The translations under genes were made by a program, and so were the position numbers. DNA of 63,691 bases, counting the filler, from Octopus bimaculoides (Eukaryota): assembly GCF_001194135.2 (NCBI RefSeq). It is 5 parts of 5 records of this genome, joined end to end, with 100 filler letters (N's around TTAATTAATTAA, not from the genome) between each part and the next. Parts side by side here need not be neighbours in the genome. Positions count along the whole stretch, not along the records: positions 24,934 to 56,846 come from NC_068982.1; positions 56,947 to 59,004 come from NW_026433130.1; positions 59,105 to 63,691 come from NC_068988.1; 2 more parts are not named here. One strand, 5' to 3'. Of this stretch, positions 51,230 to 62,107 are shown piece by piece. The stretch's first letter is position 1, and each line of letters opens with the position of its first letter. Under the pieces are notes generated by a model. The model was not told the DNA's origin and did no database searches. It worked only from the letters and a program-made list of their open reading frames with translations.

Positions 51230-52229
51230 ATTACCTCCGCCAAGGAAGGAGGTTATGTTTTCATTGCTGTTGGTTTGTCTGTCTGTCCATCTGTGTGCAA
51301 AATAACTCAAAAAGTTGTGAACGGCATTTGATGAAACTTGCAGGAAAAGTTTGTAACGACACAAGGAATAGATGATGAAATTTTAGTAGTAATCCTGGAA
51401 TTTTTATGGATCCTTGAAGGATTTTTCATTTGTTATATTTATTTTACATGAAGTATTACAATGTTACGTTCTTTGATTATCATCATCATCATCATCGTTT
51501 AACGTCCGCTTTCCATGCTAGCATGGGTTGAACGATTTGACTGAGGACTGGTGAAACCAGATGGCTACACCAGGCTCCAATCTGATCTGGCATAGTTTCT
51601 ACGGCTGGATGCCCTTCCTAATGCCAACCACTCAGAGAGTGTAGTGGGTGCTTTTACGTGTCACCCGCACGAAGGCCAGTCAGGCGGTACTGGCAACAGC
51701 CATGCTCAAGATGGTGTATTTTATGTGCCACCTGCACAAATGCCACTCCAGGGGCACTGGCAACGATCTCAATCGAAAATCCTACTAAGGCCAGTCAGGC
51801 GGTACTGGCAACGGCCACGCTCAAAATGGTGTATTTTATGTGCCACCCGCACAAGAGCCAGTCCAGGGGCACTGGTATATCTCCCTTAAAAACACGTTCC
51901 ACGTAACCTATGGTGGCGTTGCTGTTTCCAAAGTTTATTTTCGTTTCTCTATTAGTAATTTTACTTGTTGTGTATCACTCAAGTTTTAGGTAATTGTTGT
52001 TTCTTTTTAGTTGTATGGTGAAACTAGCTAGCTGCTGTCACTGGTGTATTATAACTGCTTCAGATGATTCCTGTTTTTAAAGGGTTTTTTGTAAAAAATC
52101 ATATGGCTGTGTTATTTTTTTTTTACCCCTGCGTTAGTTTGGGAAATTGGACGATTTTCAGCATGCGTGTATATGGGTGGAAATGAGCTGCTTGGCAGAG
52201 GTCTGTGCTCTCTGAGTGCTATTCTAGTT
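51230..52229 (+). mobile_element. HINE / non-autonomous Helentron containing a nested SINE D
   Basis: 5' TTACCTCCGCCAAGG, GTCT tract, 3' subterminal inverted CTTGGCAGAGG, hairpin GTGCTC-TCT-GAGTGC, terminal CTAGTT. Confidence 0.8.
51480..51880 (-). mobile_element. SINE family D with internal GC-rich repeat units
   Basis: (CAT)n tail, GCTGGATGCCCTTCCTAA core, duplicated GGCCAGTCAGGCGGTACTGGCAAC and CCAGGGGCACTGG units. Confidence 0.88.
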
Positions 52230-52619
52230 CACTTATGATTTTGTTAAGTGGGTTTGTGTTAGCTATCTTTAGAATATCTTCAAAGGTTATGTGGTCTTGA
52301 GAAAATCTTTCTCAAACACTTTTGGTGGAACACATCTAGCTTTCTGCTGATTTTTACAATTTAAGGAAGGGAACAGCCAAAACATGTTACACTGCCAGGC
52401 CAGCATATTTGAGAAAAAAACCCTCAGACACACTGCTTTCAAATATCCTCTGCCTTGACAGCATTGGAAAGCTATGCCAGAGGAAACTTAGGGGATAGCT
52501 ATTCCTATAGGAAATTATATCGAGAACAGTGATACAGCCATTTATTTATCCTCAAGGAAAATTAGTTTATTCACCAAGTGTAGTTGTGAGTAAAATTGCA
52601 TAGTTATTTTCTGGGATAT

Positions 52620-53140
52620 GAAGGTGCAGGTGTGGTTGTGTGGTTGAGAAGCTTGCTTCCCAACCATGTGGTCTTGGGTTCAGTCCCACTGTGTGTGGCA
52701 CCTTCAGAAAGCATCTTTCACAATAGCTCTGGGCTAACCAAAGCGTGTGAGTAGACTTGGTAAATGGAAACAGTAAGAAGACAATTGTGTGTGTATGATA
52801 TGTGTATGCATGTGTATATATGTGCGTGTGTGTGTATGTATGTATGTATGTGTGTGTGAGTAGTGTATGTGTGTGCGTATGCATGTATAGACACATGTCT
52901 GTACCCTTGTCTTGACGTCACATGATGGTTGTAAACTAAAAACACTGTTATACAAGCGATGATGCTCACTTCCAATCTTCAAAGAAAATCATGTTTTAGG
53001 TCATGGGAAATATTACCTTGCTTTGAAACAGGTGAGGGCTGGCAACAGGAAAGGCATCCAGTTGTAGAGAATCTGCCTCAGCATATTCTATCTCACTCGT
53101 GCAAGCATGGAAAAGTGGACATTGAATTATGATGATGAAG
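52620..53140 (+). mobile_element. SINE family A
   Basis: Head, microsatellite, GGAAAGGCATCCAGTTGTAG tail. Confidence 0.8.
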
Positions 53141-54904
53141 ATATGAAGATATAACGAGGTAACGAGACAAGGCAAAATAATGCCTGGTTGAAGGTCCATA
53201 ATTTGGATGCTGCATGGAGCCACGCGTCTTATCTCCAAACAATAAAATACACATTGTTACCTCTGAAGATAAGCCACAGAATGAAAATGGTGGAAAATAA
53301 AATTGAAAATGACAAATGCTTATAATCATTATCCTGCTTCATATTAGGGGTTAGGAATGATTTTAGCAGAACCATGTATTTAGATGATGAAATACTGCTG
53401 CTGCAGATAATAATAATAATAATAATAATGTAACAATTTTTAGTTTTCCAATTAGATATATTGATTCAGGGCAAAAAATAAATACAATGAAATTTATTTA
53501 ACTGTAGATGAATTCACAATAGTTGTCATAGCAACCTTGAGAAATAAAAAGAAAGAAAGAAAAAAGATTAGGAACTAAGATAGAAACACGCTAGTAAATA
53601 ATAAAAATATAAACAGAAGAATATCATATCTAAACAAAAGAATAAATAATAATAATAATAATAATAATGATGATGATGGTGATGATGATGATAATGCCTT
53701 ATTTGATTTAAAATATTTCATGAATAAACAAATAGAATAAGCTCCTAAATTAAATTACATCGGATAAGAACTTAAGTGAAGAGAGGAAAATAAAATAAAA
53801 TAGAAAAAAAAAAAANNNNNNNNNNNNNNNNNNNNNNNNNNNNNNNNNNNNNNNNNNNNNNNNNNNNNNNNNNNNNNNNNNNNNNNNNNNNNNNNNNNNN
53901 NNNNNNNNNNNNNNNTAACAGAAATTTTATAACAGTACTACACATGTGAGAGTTCAAATCCCACCAAGGCCGTTTATGTTTTTCATCCTTCCATGCCCAA
54001 CAAACTAAGTAACATACCTGGGCTTATTCCATTGTCTATAACCCACCTTTTCAAAAATCAGCCTTGAGCTCATTTGCTTTTATGTTAGGTTTTCTATGCT
54101 AGCATGAGTTAAAAGAATACATTACTAAGGTGTGGTTCTATGATTTGGTTCTCTTCCTGTCACTAACCCATACCTGTTCTTCAAGTAAAGGATCTCTTAT
54201 TTCACTCATCTTTGATGGTGAAAAAAAACCAGCAGATGATTTGTTGACAGGAGAAATGACAGCAATGTCACCACTTGTAACTCAGCAATTTTTGGAGAAG
54301 TGCAAATGTAAACAAACACACACATGTGCATACATTTATGTACATAAACACATGCATACACATACATACATACATACATAAATGACAGGTTCTTTCAAGT
54401 TTTTCTCTAACTAAATCTGCTCACAACACTTTGATTGATCCAGGCTACGGTTGAACAAAGAGCTATGCTGCAAGACTGAACCCAAAATAATGTGATAAAG
54501 AAGTGAACTTCTTAGCCATACAGCCATGCCTGAGGAAGAAACCAGTAAAGTGTGCATTAAAGTAAATGCATCCAAGAGCCTAAAGAGGTTGGCTTTTATA
54601 ATGGTCAGCACTTAGGAGTTTAAAACTGTTGAAATGAACAGGGTGGAAAATATCTGTCCAGATAGGACAGCATCTGATAGCAAGTGTCACACTCTAAAAA
54701 TATGGAATCTTTGTTGAGTGAACTGTGGCATGAGGAATTTGGTATCTGGCTTGACCACACATATGTACTATAAAATACCTAAAATCAAAAGGGTCTGTAG
54801 TTATTCACTCAGTCATTCTGCTTCAATGATTTAAGAGATGCTAGAATTTCTCTTATTCTATCACTTCTCATATCAAAGTTCTGCATTGAATGTCAGCAGA
54901 AATA

Positions 54905-55282
54905 TCACTGTCATCATTTAATGTCCACTTTTCCATACTTGCACAATAAAATGGAATTTATGGAGGTTGATCTTCTATGGCTGGATGCTCTTCCTGACAT
55001 CAACCCTCAAGTAAGATAATATTTTCCCTAGTTAGACATGTTTTTCATAGAAGACTAAAAAACAAACAACCTTGCTCCCTTACAACTATCACATGATGTC
55101 AGGACAAGTGTACACACAAACACACATTCATACATATACATATATATAGAATGGGTTTCCTTCAGCTTCTGTCAACAAAATTCACTTATAAAGCTTTTGT
55201 CAGCCAAGAGCTATAGAAGACACTTGCACAAGATGCTGTGCTGTGGGACTGAACTCAAGACTACAAAGCCATGCCTGTGCCT

Positions 55283-55285
<3 letters not shown>
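54905..55285 (-). mobile_element. SINE family A
   Basis: Tail-to-head, CpG-decayed. Confidence 0.75.
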
Positions 55286-55322
<37 letters not shown>

Positions 55323-55331
55323 TGTGTGTGT

Positions 55332-55396
<65 letters not shown>

Positions 55397-55961
55397 TGCT
55401 AGTCTTGGTATTGTGAAATAGTTGTAAACGAGTGTCACTCTCATACAAGTGGTGTCATTTGTCCCCAATCTTCCATGAAAAGGTGTCCAGTCATGGATAA
55501 ATATTACCTTGCTTGGAAACAAGTAGGATCAGTGGCACCTAGCTGTAGAATACCTTGCTCAATGAATTCTGTTTGACCAATGCAAGCATGGAAAGATGAA
55601 CATTAAAATGATGATGATGGTAGTCTGAGATATGATGGAGGTTTAGATGCTATGATAATAGCAGAGAGGAGGAAGGGGAGGATTTTTTTATGTAATATAA
55701 ACAAAAATTTTTTTAAGGCAACTTTTTTCGGTTGTATTAGTATTAAAAAACAAGCTTTCAAAACATAGATCGTATGTTTAAGTGTTTAGATAAATATGTC
55801 GTAAAACATCAAGCAAACAATCTCCACTGTATTGACACATCTTGATACCACACCCACAGTTTTACAAACCACACCTCACCACTCCACACATTTATAACTT
55901 GCCAAGCACAGATGTTCAACCTCACTAGCAACATTCCATATTCTTGTTAATGCATGCTCAC

Positions 55962-56016
55962 CATCAGAAACTAGTTTCATAGTACTGGAATGGCCTGATG
56001 GTGTCACTGTACTAGA
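55962..56016 (-). CDS. Weak candidate internal exon SSTVTPSGHSSTMKLVSD
   Basis: TTTTAATGCAG acceptor, G|GTGAGC donor, phase 0 to 1; no domain recognised. Confidence 0.2.
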
Positions 56017-56554
56017 CTGCATTAAAATTGACAAGTTGTTCAATAGATTTTTGTATTTGTAAATCTGAAATCCTGCCATACTTTAGATCTAACCATTTAA
56101 CCTTTCATTCTTTTGGGATTAAAGATTTTGACAAAATAAAGACTGGTTTAGATACAAGAGAAAACAGGAAGAAAGGAAACTAACAGAAACCTACCATGTA
56201 ATATGTCATTAACTCAGTTCTTTAATCTGGTGACTTAAAGGGCATGCTTAATTAATTACAAGTGATCACTAATGAAGCTTTCAACAGTAGTTTAAGCCAT
56301 CCTAGAGCTAACTTGACATAGCACTAGTTTACTAAATTTTATAGTTCATATATACTCTGTCATCTAAAGATATGTCTATAGCAAAGACACTTAACACTCT
56401 CAGTATCAGAAGACACAGCTTAGTAAGCATAGAGGACAGTGTGTTCTCATATATTTTGATAATTCATCTACATCTGTAACCCTTTTGTTGCCATATCTTG
56501 GGAGGGTGGCTATGCTTCAGGTCTGACTGTTTCCTAGTTTACAGGTTTCTATAT

Positions 56555-56846
56555 TGTCTTTCGAGCGAGATCGTTGCCGGTGCCCCTGGGCTGGCTCTTG
56601 TGCAGGTGATACATGAGGTTTTTCGAGTGAGGTCGTTGCCAGTGCCCCTGGACTGGCTCTTGTGCGGGGGACACATGAAATTTTTCGAGTGAGTTCGTTG
56701 CCAGTGCCTCTGGACTGGCTCTTGTGTGGGGCCATCGTGGGATTTTCGAGCGAGATCGTTGCCGGTGCCCCTGGACTGGCTCATGTGCGGGCGACACATG
56801 AAATCTTTCAAGCGCCATCGTTGCCAGTGCCCCTGGACTGGCTCAT
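56555..56846. repeat. GC-rich minisatellite, about 61-62-bp unit, about 4.7 copies
   Basis: TTTTCGAG.GAG.TCGTTGCC.GTGCCCCTGG.CTGGCTC repeated; reverse complement of the internal unit of SINE D (51740-51880); runs into a gap. Confidence 0.9.
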
Positions 56847-56946
56847 NNNNNNNNNNNNNNNNNNNNNNNNNNNNNNNNNNNNNNNNNNNNTTAATTAATT
56901 AANNNNNNNNNNNNNNNNNNNNNNNNNNNNNNNNNNNNNNNNNNNN
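56847..56946. other. Artificial scaffold linker
   Basis: 44 N + TTAATTAATTAA + 44 N. Confidence 0.95.
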
Positions 56947-57163
56947 TATATGCATATATATATATATATATAATATATATGCATATATATATATATATAT
57001 AATATATATGTATATATATATGTATTTATATATAATATATATGTATATATATAATATGACAACAAAAGAATGAATGAGACCTCGATATCATGTAAATAGC
57101 GGTATTTATATATCTCTCTCTCTCTATATATATATATAATATAGGACAATCGGTATGTTGTCA

Positions 57164-57227
57164 TAATAATACTCAGAGTTTGAAATACTGGAGCTAAGAG
57201 TTTCTAGGCATTTTTCTTCGGTTATTA
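57164..57227 (-). ncRNA. Degenerate type-I hammerhead-like motif (second family) in a TA-adjacent repeat (about 57050-57400)
   Basis: TAATAA-CCGAAGA-A-AAATGC(19 nt)GTATTT-CAA-ACTC(t)GAGT-A-TTATTA: stem I 6 bp, stem II 6 bp, stem III 4 bp, UA cleavage position; core deviates at U4 and G12. Confidence 0.45.
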
Positions 57228-58013
57228 AGACAAGAACTGCTATGAAAAACCGTTGAATAAAGGGAAGTAACTCTAATAGGTGTGGGAATATAAGTAAAAG
57301 ATATAGAATATATTTTTAAAATTATAAAAATACACGCAACCATATACTCATAAAGATAGAAGTCTTCGTTCATAAAATATACATACGTACACACATATTC
57401 ATGATATCAATTTGACTAAATTGGTAATTTGGTGAGATCTGAAAGTAGTGGAAACAAGATGTAAACATGTGGCTTCAAAGGTGGTTGAAATATCATATCC
57501 AAATATCCATGATAAACTTAAGCTATAAACAAATAAATCTCCAGGATTCACCATTAGGAAAGTCTAAAATTATCTTCATGCAAATAGCTTCAGTTTAATC
57601 TCATCTGTGAACAAAACCTAAGAATTACATATTTTGCACTTTCACCTAAAGCACCAAGAAATATGTAAAGATGTTGATGTGAGTGAACTTTTGTTGTCTT
57701 CCATGTAATTTAGTCTTCATACCATTGTTCAGAACTTCTAATATTTTTGATATTTAGTTTCCTACTGAAATGTAAAATTGATAGGATCAAATTCATATAT
57801 TAGTGAGACCTATTTCCAGAGGCGAAAGGAGTAAACAGCAAGATGTGATCTGCGTATGATATGAAACATAACAGTGATTTCTTTTGAACCTTTGTTTTCC
57901 TAAACAAAAACTTAGTGAAGTATAAATAGATTTAAATGTCATATTTTGTAATGATTTTGAATATTAATTAATATCTTCAGATTTATATTTATTTCTGTAA
58001 ATATCATTGTCAG

Positions 58014-58086
58014 GTCTTCCAGCTGTCATTGTCATAATTAATCTAGGAATCAACAAGACAGACAACTACATCAAATTTTCAAAAAT
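58014..58086 (+). CDS. Candidate exon of an adhesion/secretin-family (7tm_2) GPCR, TM4-ECL2
   Basis: Acceptor ..TATCATTGTCAG, donor AT|GTAAGG, phase 1 to 2, (G)LPAVIVIINLGINKTDNYIKFSK; matches W-G|LPxxIV...NY..|CW; flanking exons not found. Confidence 0.5.
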
Positions 58087-59004
58087 GTAAGGATTTCTCT
58101 GTTTTATTGGTCTCATTTTCTCTGGCCTTCATAACGAATATGATGCTAGACTTATTCATGTTTTGAATGTTGTTAAATAATGGAAAAGCTACCATCAATC
58201 TAAAGCAATGCATTTCATTGTTGGTAGTGACCATACTTCATAAATGTTAATGTTTTTCTTTCAGGGAATCATGAGTAACATTTGTCCCTCCTTACAATCC
58301 AGAAATACTAATTATCTATTGAAAGAAACTGAAAACAGGGATGCAAGCTGGATGCAAAAATAAACATTACAACGTATATTTTTCAACTTAATTCTTACAT
58401 AATATGAAAGATATTGTATTAACAATATTTTCTTTTCTTTTTATGCTAATACTAGGAATTATTGAAACAAGCCATGGCTATAGTGGTATTTCCACCAACA
58501 ATTGCGTTTAAAATAAAGCAATCAGATGCTCTCTTTTTTATCGTTCTGAATGTAAATGAGAGGACAGTCGTATTGCTAGGTGAAAGTCTCAAAGGCAGGA
58601 GGCTGAAAAGACAGCATTCGTTCAATTCTGAATTTGAAGTTCGATGTGGACTATATATATATATATATAATTATATTTTTCCAATAGAGTTAGAGGTTAT
58701 GAATCCAATCTACTAAGGGATAATATCTATCCAATATACTGCTGGTAGAATACCCAATTATTATTGCACAAGTGTTTTTTTTTTTTTTGCATGGCAATTA
58801 CACTACTGAATGTAATAAATGGGTGAGGGTAAAAAGTTGTTTTACCCTTAATTCATATGGCAATAAGAAAATGGAGGGGATCAAGAGGTGGTATTCATGA
58901 ACCTTTAGACATTATATTATAGACATATTATGATATAAAAAAAACAATTATAATAATATACATATATGAAAAAGGCAATTTAAAAAAAAAACAATTATAA
59001 TAAT

Positions 59005-59104
59005 NNNNNNNNNNNNNNNNNNNNNNNNNNNNNNNNNNNNNNNNNNNNTTAATTAATTAANNNNNNNNNNNNNNNNNNNNNNNNNNNNNNNNNNNNNNNN
59101 NNNN
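59005..59104. other. Artificial scaffold linker
   Basis: 44 N + TTAATTAATTAA + 44 N. Confidence 0.95.
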
Positions 59105-59280
59105 TATATATATAATATATATTTACATATATATATATAATATATATTTACATATATATATATAATATATATTTACATATATATATATAATATATATTTA
59201 CATATATATATATAATATATATTTTCATATATATATATAATATATATTTACATATATATATATAATATATATTTACATAT
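59105..59280. repeat. AT-rich minisatellite (about 24-26-bp unit, ATATATATATATAATATATATTTAC-like)
   Basis: Direct reading, about 7 units. Confidence 0.9.
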
Positions 59281-60234
59281 AGATGTAAAACATTTGAAGT
59301 TTGAAGAATTGAATAATCTATCTTGAAACGAGCAATTTGTAGACAGGACTTAACTACAATCCCAGACACTTTTCTGCTTAAAAATATTTGTAAGATCTAC
59401 TTGCTGGTCATATAAGATCTCATAACAGTATTTATTAATTGAAGAGATGGCTTTCTGTAAAGAAGTGGCAATCATCATATATTCATTAACACTGATATAC
59501 AGATGATACAGTGGAAAACTTCTATGTAGCCACATAACCTGCTAGACACAACAGCCAAATTTTCCTGAAAATATACCCAACGATCTTGCTATTACGTAGG
59601 ATATGGTCCTGGATGCATCGTCTCAGAAAATGATGTGTCAGTCATAGTTAGACTGTTGTCGACTGCTCGATTAGGATTAACTGGGACGAAGCAACAATAT
59701 TTTTTATCCCAGTTAAGACCACACTGCAATGTATTTGTGAATACATCATTAGAGCCTTCAGGAACAACGAAACTCCACTTTCTTATTGCATAAAATAAAA
59801 CGTGGTATGCCTTTTACTTCTGATACAGTTTTCTAGTCCCCATTATTTAATTTGTAAAACAGACTTAGTTTCACTAAATGTTTACTTGTGCCGGTTTCAA
59901 AACGCATAACACAGAAAAAACTTAACTCGCACATGTTGGAAACTTAGCACATGACAAATGACTAAGCAGCCATGCACAAAATTAACTTTCTTTTACTAAT
60001 TACTATCCTTTTCTCAAGTAACATGCACGTATGACACATGTTTACAAATACAAATTAATTATGGTCACCTTCCTGCAGCAAACCTTGCTATCACGTTTTT
60101 TTACCAAGTGTGTAAGATATATATGAAACACAAAATCTTTGATAACAGCAATAATCAACAATTAATTTAGACAATTTTGTTATACCCGTCCACCACAGCA
60201 GAATTGATACTGGTGCAAAAAAAGAAGAAAAAAA

Positions 60235-60455
60235 ACTACTGGTGCTGGTGTCGCGTTAAAAGCACTGGTGCCACATAAAAAGCATTTAGTACGCTTAGTA
60301 AAGTGGGTGGCAACAGGAAAGGCATCCAGCCGTAGAAACTATGCCGGAACAGATATTGGAGCCTGAAGCAGCCCCCGGCTTTATCAACTCTGGCCAAACC
60401 GCCCAACCGATACCAGCATGGAAAACGGACCTTAAATTATGATAATGATGATATG
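60235..60455 (+). mobile_element. SINE family D
   Basis: GGTGCTGGTG..GGAAAGGCATCCAGCCGTAGAAAC..GCATGGAAAACGGAC..ATGAT. Confidence 0.85.
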
Positions 60456-61313
60456 CTACTTTTCTGAACCTGACTTATTGTATTGTTTCCCAATTACATG
60501 GCGCTCAGGACAAGTGTCTTCTATGACAACCCTGGGCCGACCAATATAAACGAATATATCCAACTCTACGTAAGTTTTTAAAACGGTAGTATATAATTTT
60601 AAGATTAAACTACTATTTTTAGCAAGCTGCATGGTCGCATAACATCAACTCACGAAAAGATATTTTGCAAAGGTAGGGGGCTCCAATCGCCAGGTTGAAC
60701 GCATAGGATCAGTTACGTTAAGCTTAAATAAAATATAAGGGAGTACATCGAACAAGCAAAGTGTTAAAGTGTAGAGAAAGAGTAAGAACAAATTAAATCA
60801 ACGGTAAAAGAATGGTTGTTCAGCTCTGCTTCAGTACACTTGTAACGAAACTAGTTTTAACATAGGCCATCCGATCATTTTGCATATCTAGGGCCATATT
60901 TTCTAATGTGTCCTTAGTTTTTTAGTGTGATAAGGAGAGAAGTGAAGAAACTCAGTTGATATTTCTAACAAGTCGAGCGAAGAGCATGTATAAAGATTTC
61001 CTCTCGGATAAAAAGAAAATATTCAAATTTGAAACTCACACGAAAAAGAAAGCACGCTTTTCTCAACCAAGTATTCCTATTAAACAGAACCAATTATTGT
61101 TTTATATTTTCGAAACATAAAACGTTTTTTTTTTTTTTTAACATTAAAATACTCCTCAAACGTTCTGACGTTTTAAGATAAACAAGACTTGCATCATTTT
61201 ATGGAATAATGGTCAGTCTTCATTATTACTTGCAAATTCCAGTTCCATCACTGTCTGACATATTACTTTTATTTAGTTATAGGAACTAATTATACGTATA
61301 TGCACTAACTTAC

Positions 61314-61340
61314 CTTGATATCTCGTTTAGCTCCAGTCAT
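61314..61340 (-). CDS. Candidate first coding exon MTGAKRDIK
   Basis: ACG-ATG context (A at -3), nine codons, donor AAG|GTAAGT (phase 0), downstream of a TATA/Inr pair. Confidence 0.45.
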
Positions 61341-61383
61341 CGTCGACTTTGGATGGAAAATTATTTACTCCACAAAACACATT

Positions 61384-61437
61384 TGATCCTAATTTCAAGT
61401 TGTTCGCCTTTTATACTGTGATTATAACGCATGCGTT
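61384..61437 (-). promoter_or_regulatory. Candidate Pol II core promoter
   Basis: TATAAAAG at 61415-61408, TCA initiator-like A at 61384 (31 nt downstream), 12-bp palindrome AACGCATGCGTT (61426-61437), CpG-rich surroundings. Confidence 0.5.
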
Positions 61438-61744
61438 GAACCGGTGTAACATTACTTTCCGTTTCTTATTTATCAGAAGAACACTGACTGGCTACCTTCT
61501 TGGTACGAAATAGCAAAAGCTCCCAAATCTTCCTTAATTTATACTGTATTGTAATTAAAAACGGACACATAAGATGATGTAAACCTGGAAGATATAACAA
61601 AATACTTTTAGACATAGGTCTACTCGGATGTAGACAAATAGAGTTGAACTTGTGTAAACAAGTCAAATTAATGTCCACCGTTTGAAATTTTGTGACGAGT
61701 AAATAAAACGCATTATGGAACAGAAAGTAATATTTCATACTGCT

Positions 61745-61835
61745 TAAGGCGACGAGCTGGCAGAATCGTTAGCACACCGAGCAAAATGCTTAGCGGTATT
61801 TCGTCCGTCCTTACGTTCGTCCCTTTGGGGATTAC
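61745..61835 (+). mobile_element. SINE family B, head fragment
   Basis: GGCGACGAGCTGGCAGAATCGTTAGCACACCGAGC.. Confidence 0.8.
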
Positions 61836-62107
61836 ACTAATAAATAAAAAGAAAACATAATCCCCAAATATCTAAAACTGGCTTAGGGTAGGATTTGAGA
61901 AAAACTTCGGTGTTATTTCTAGCAGGTCGAGCGATCAAAGTAGAGGATTCATCACTGGCGAGACAGGAAGCATATCGATCATAATATAGCAAATTAATAT
62001 TTAATCGTCTGGAGTTTTTTTTGTTTTTTTTCATTTGTGTTCAGGTCCAAACTCTCAACTTCCGTGTATATTCAAATTAGATTAGTAACTACTGTGCTCC
62101 CATATTA

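Noticed and set aside
54174-54209. Minus mini-exon MSEIRDPLLEEQ with CAG|GTATGG donor
   Set aside because: Only AAG or GAG acceptors are available; no independent support
56555-56846. CRISPR-like regular repeats
   Set aside because: No unique spacers, units are homologous along their whole length, eukaryotic context, derived from SINE D
57370-57530. Minus-strand LSLSWIFGY resembling GPCR TM6
   Set aside because: Opposite strand to the TM4-like exon, TM7 motif absent, ends in a stop with no donor
60924-61069. Plus-strand open segment CDKERSEETQ..ARFSQP with a TTTTTAG acceptor
   Set aside because: Weak donor, A-rich composition, no similarity to the GPCR exon or any domain I recognise
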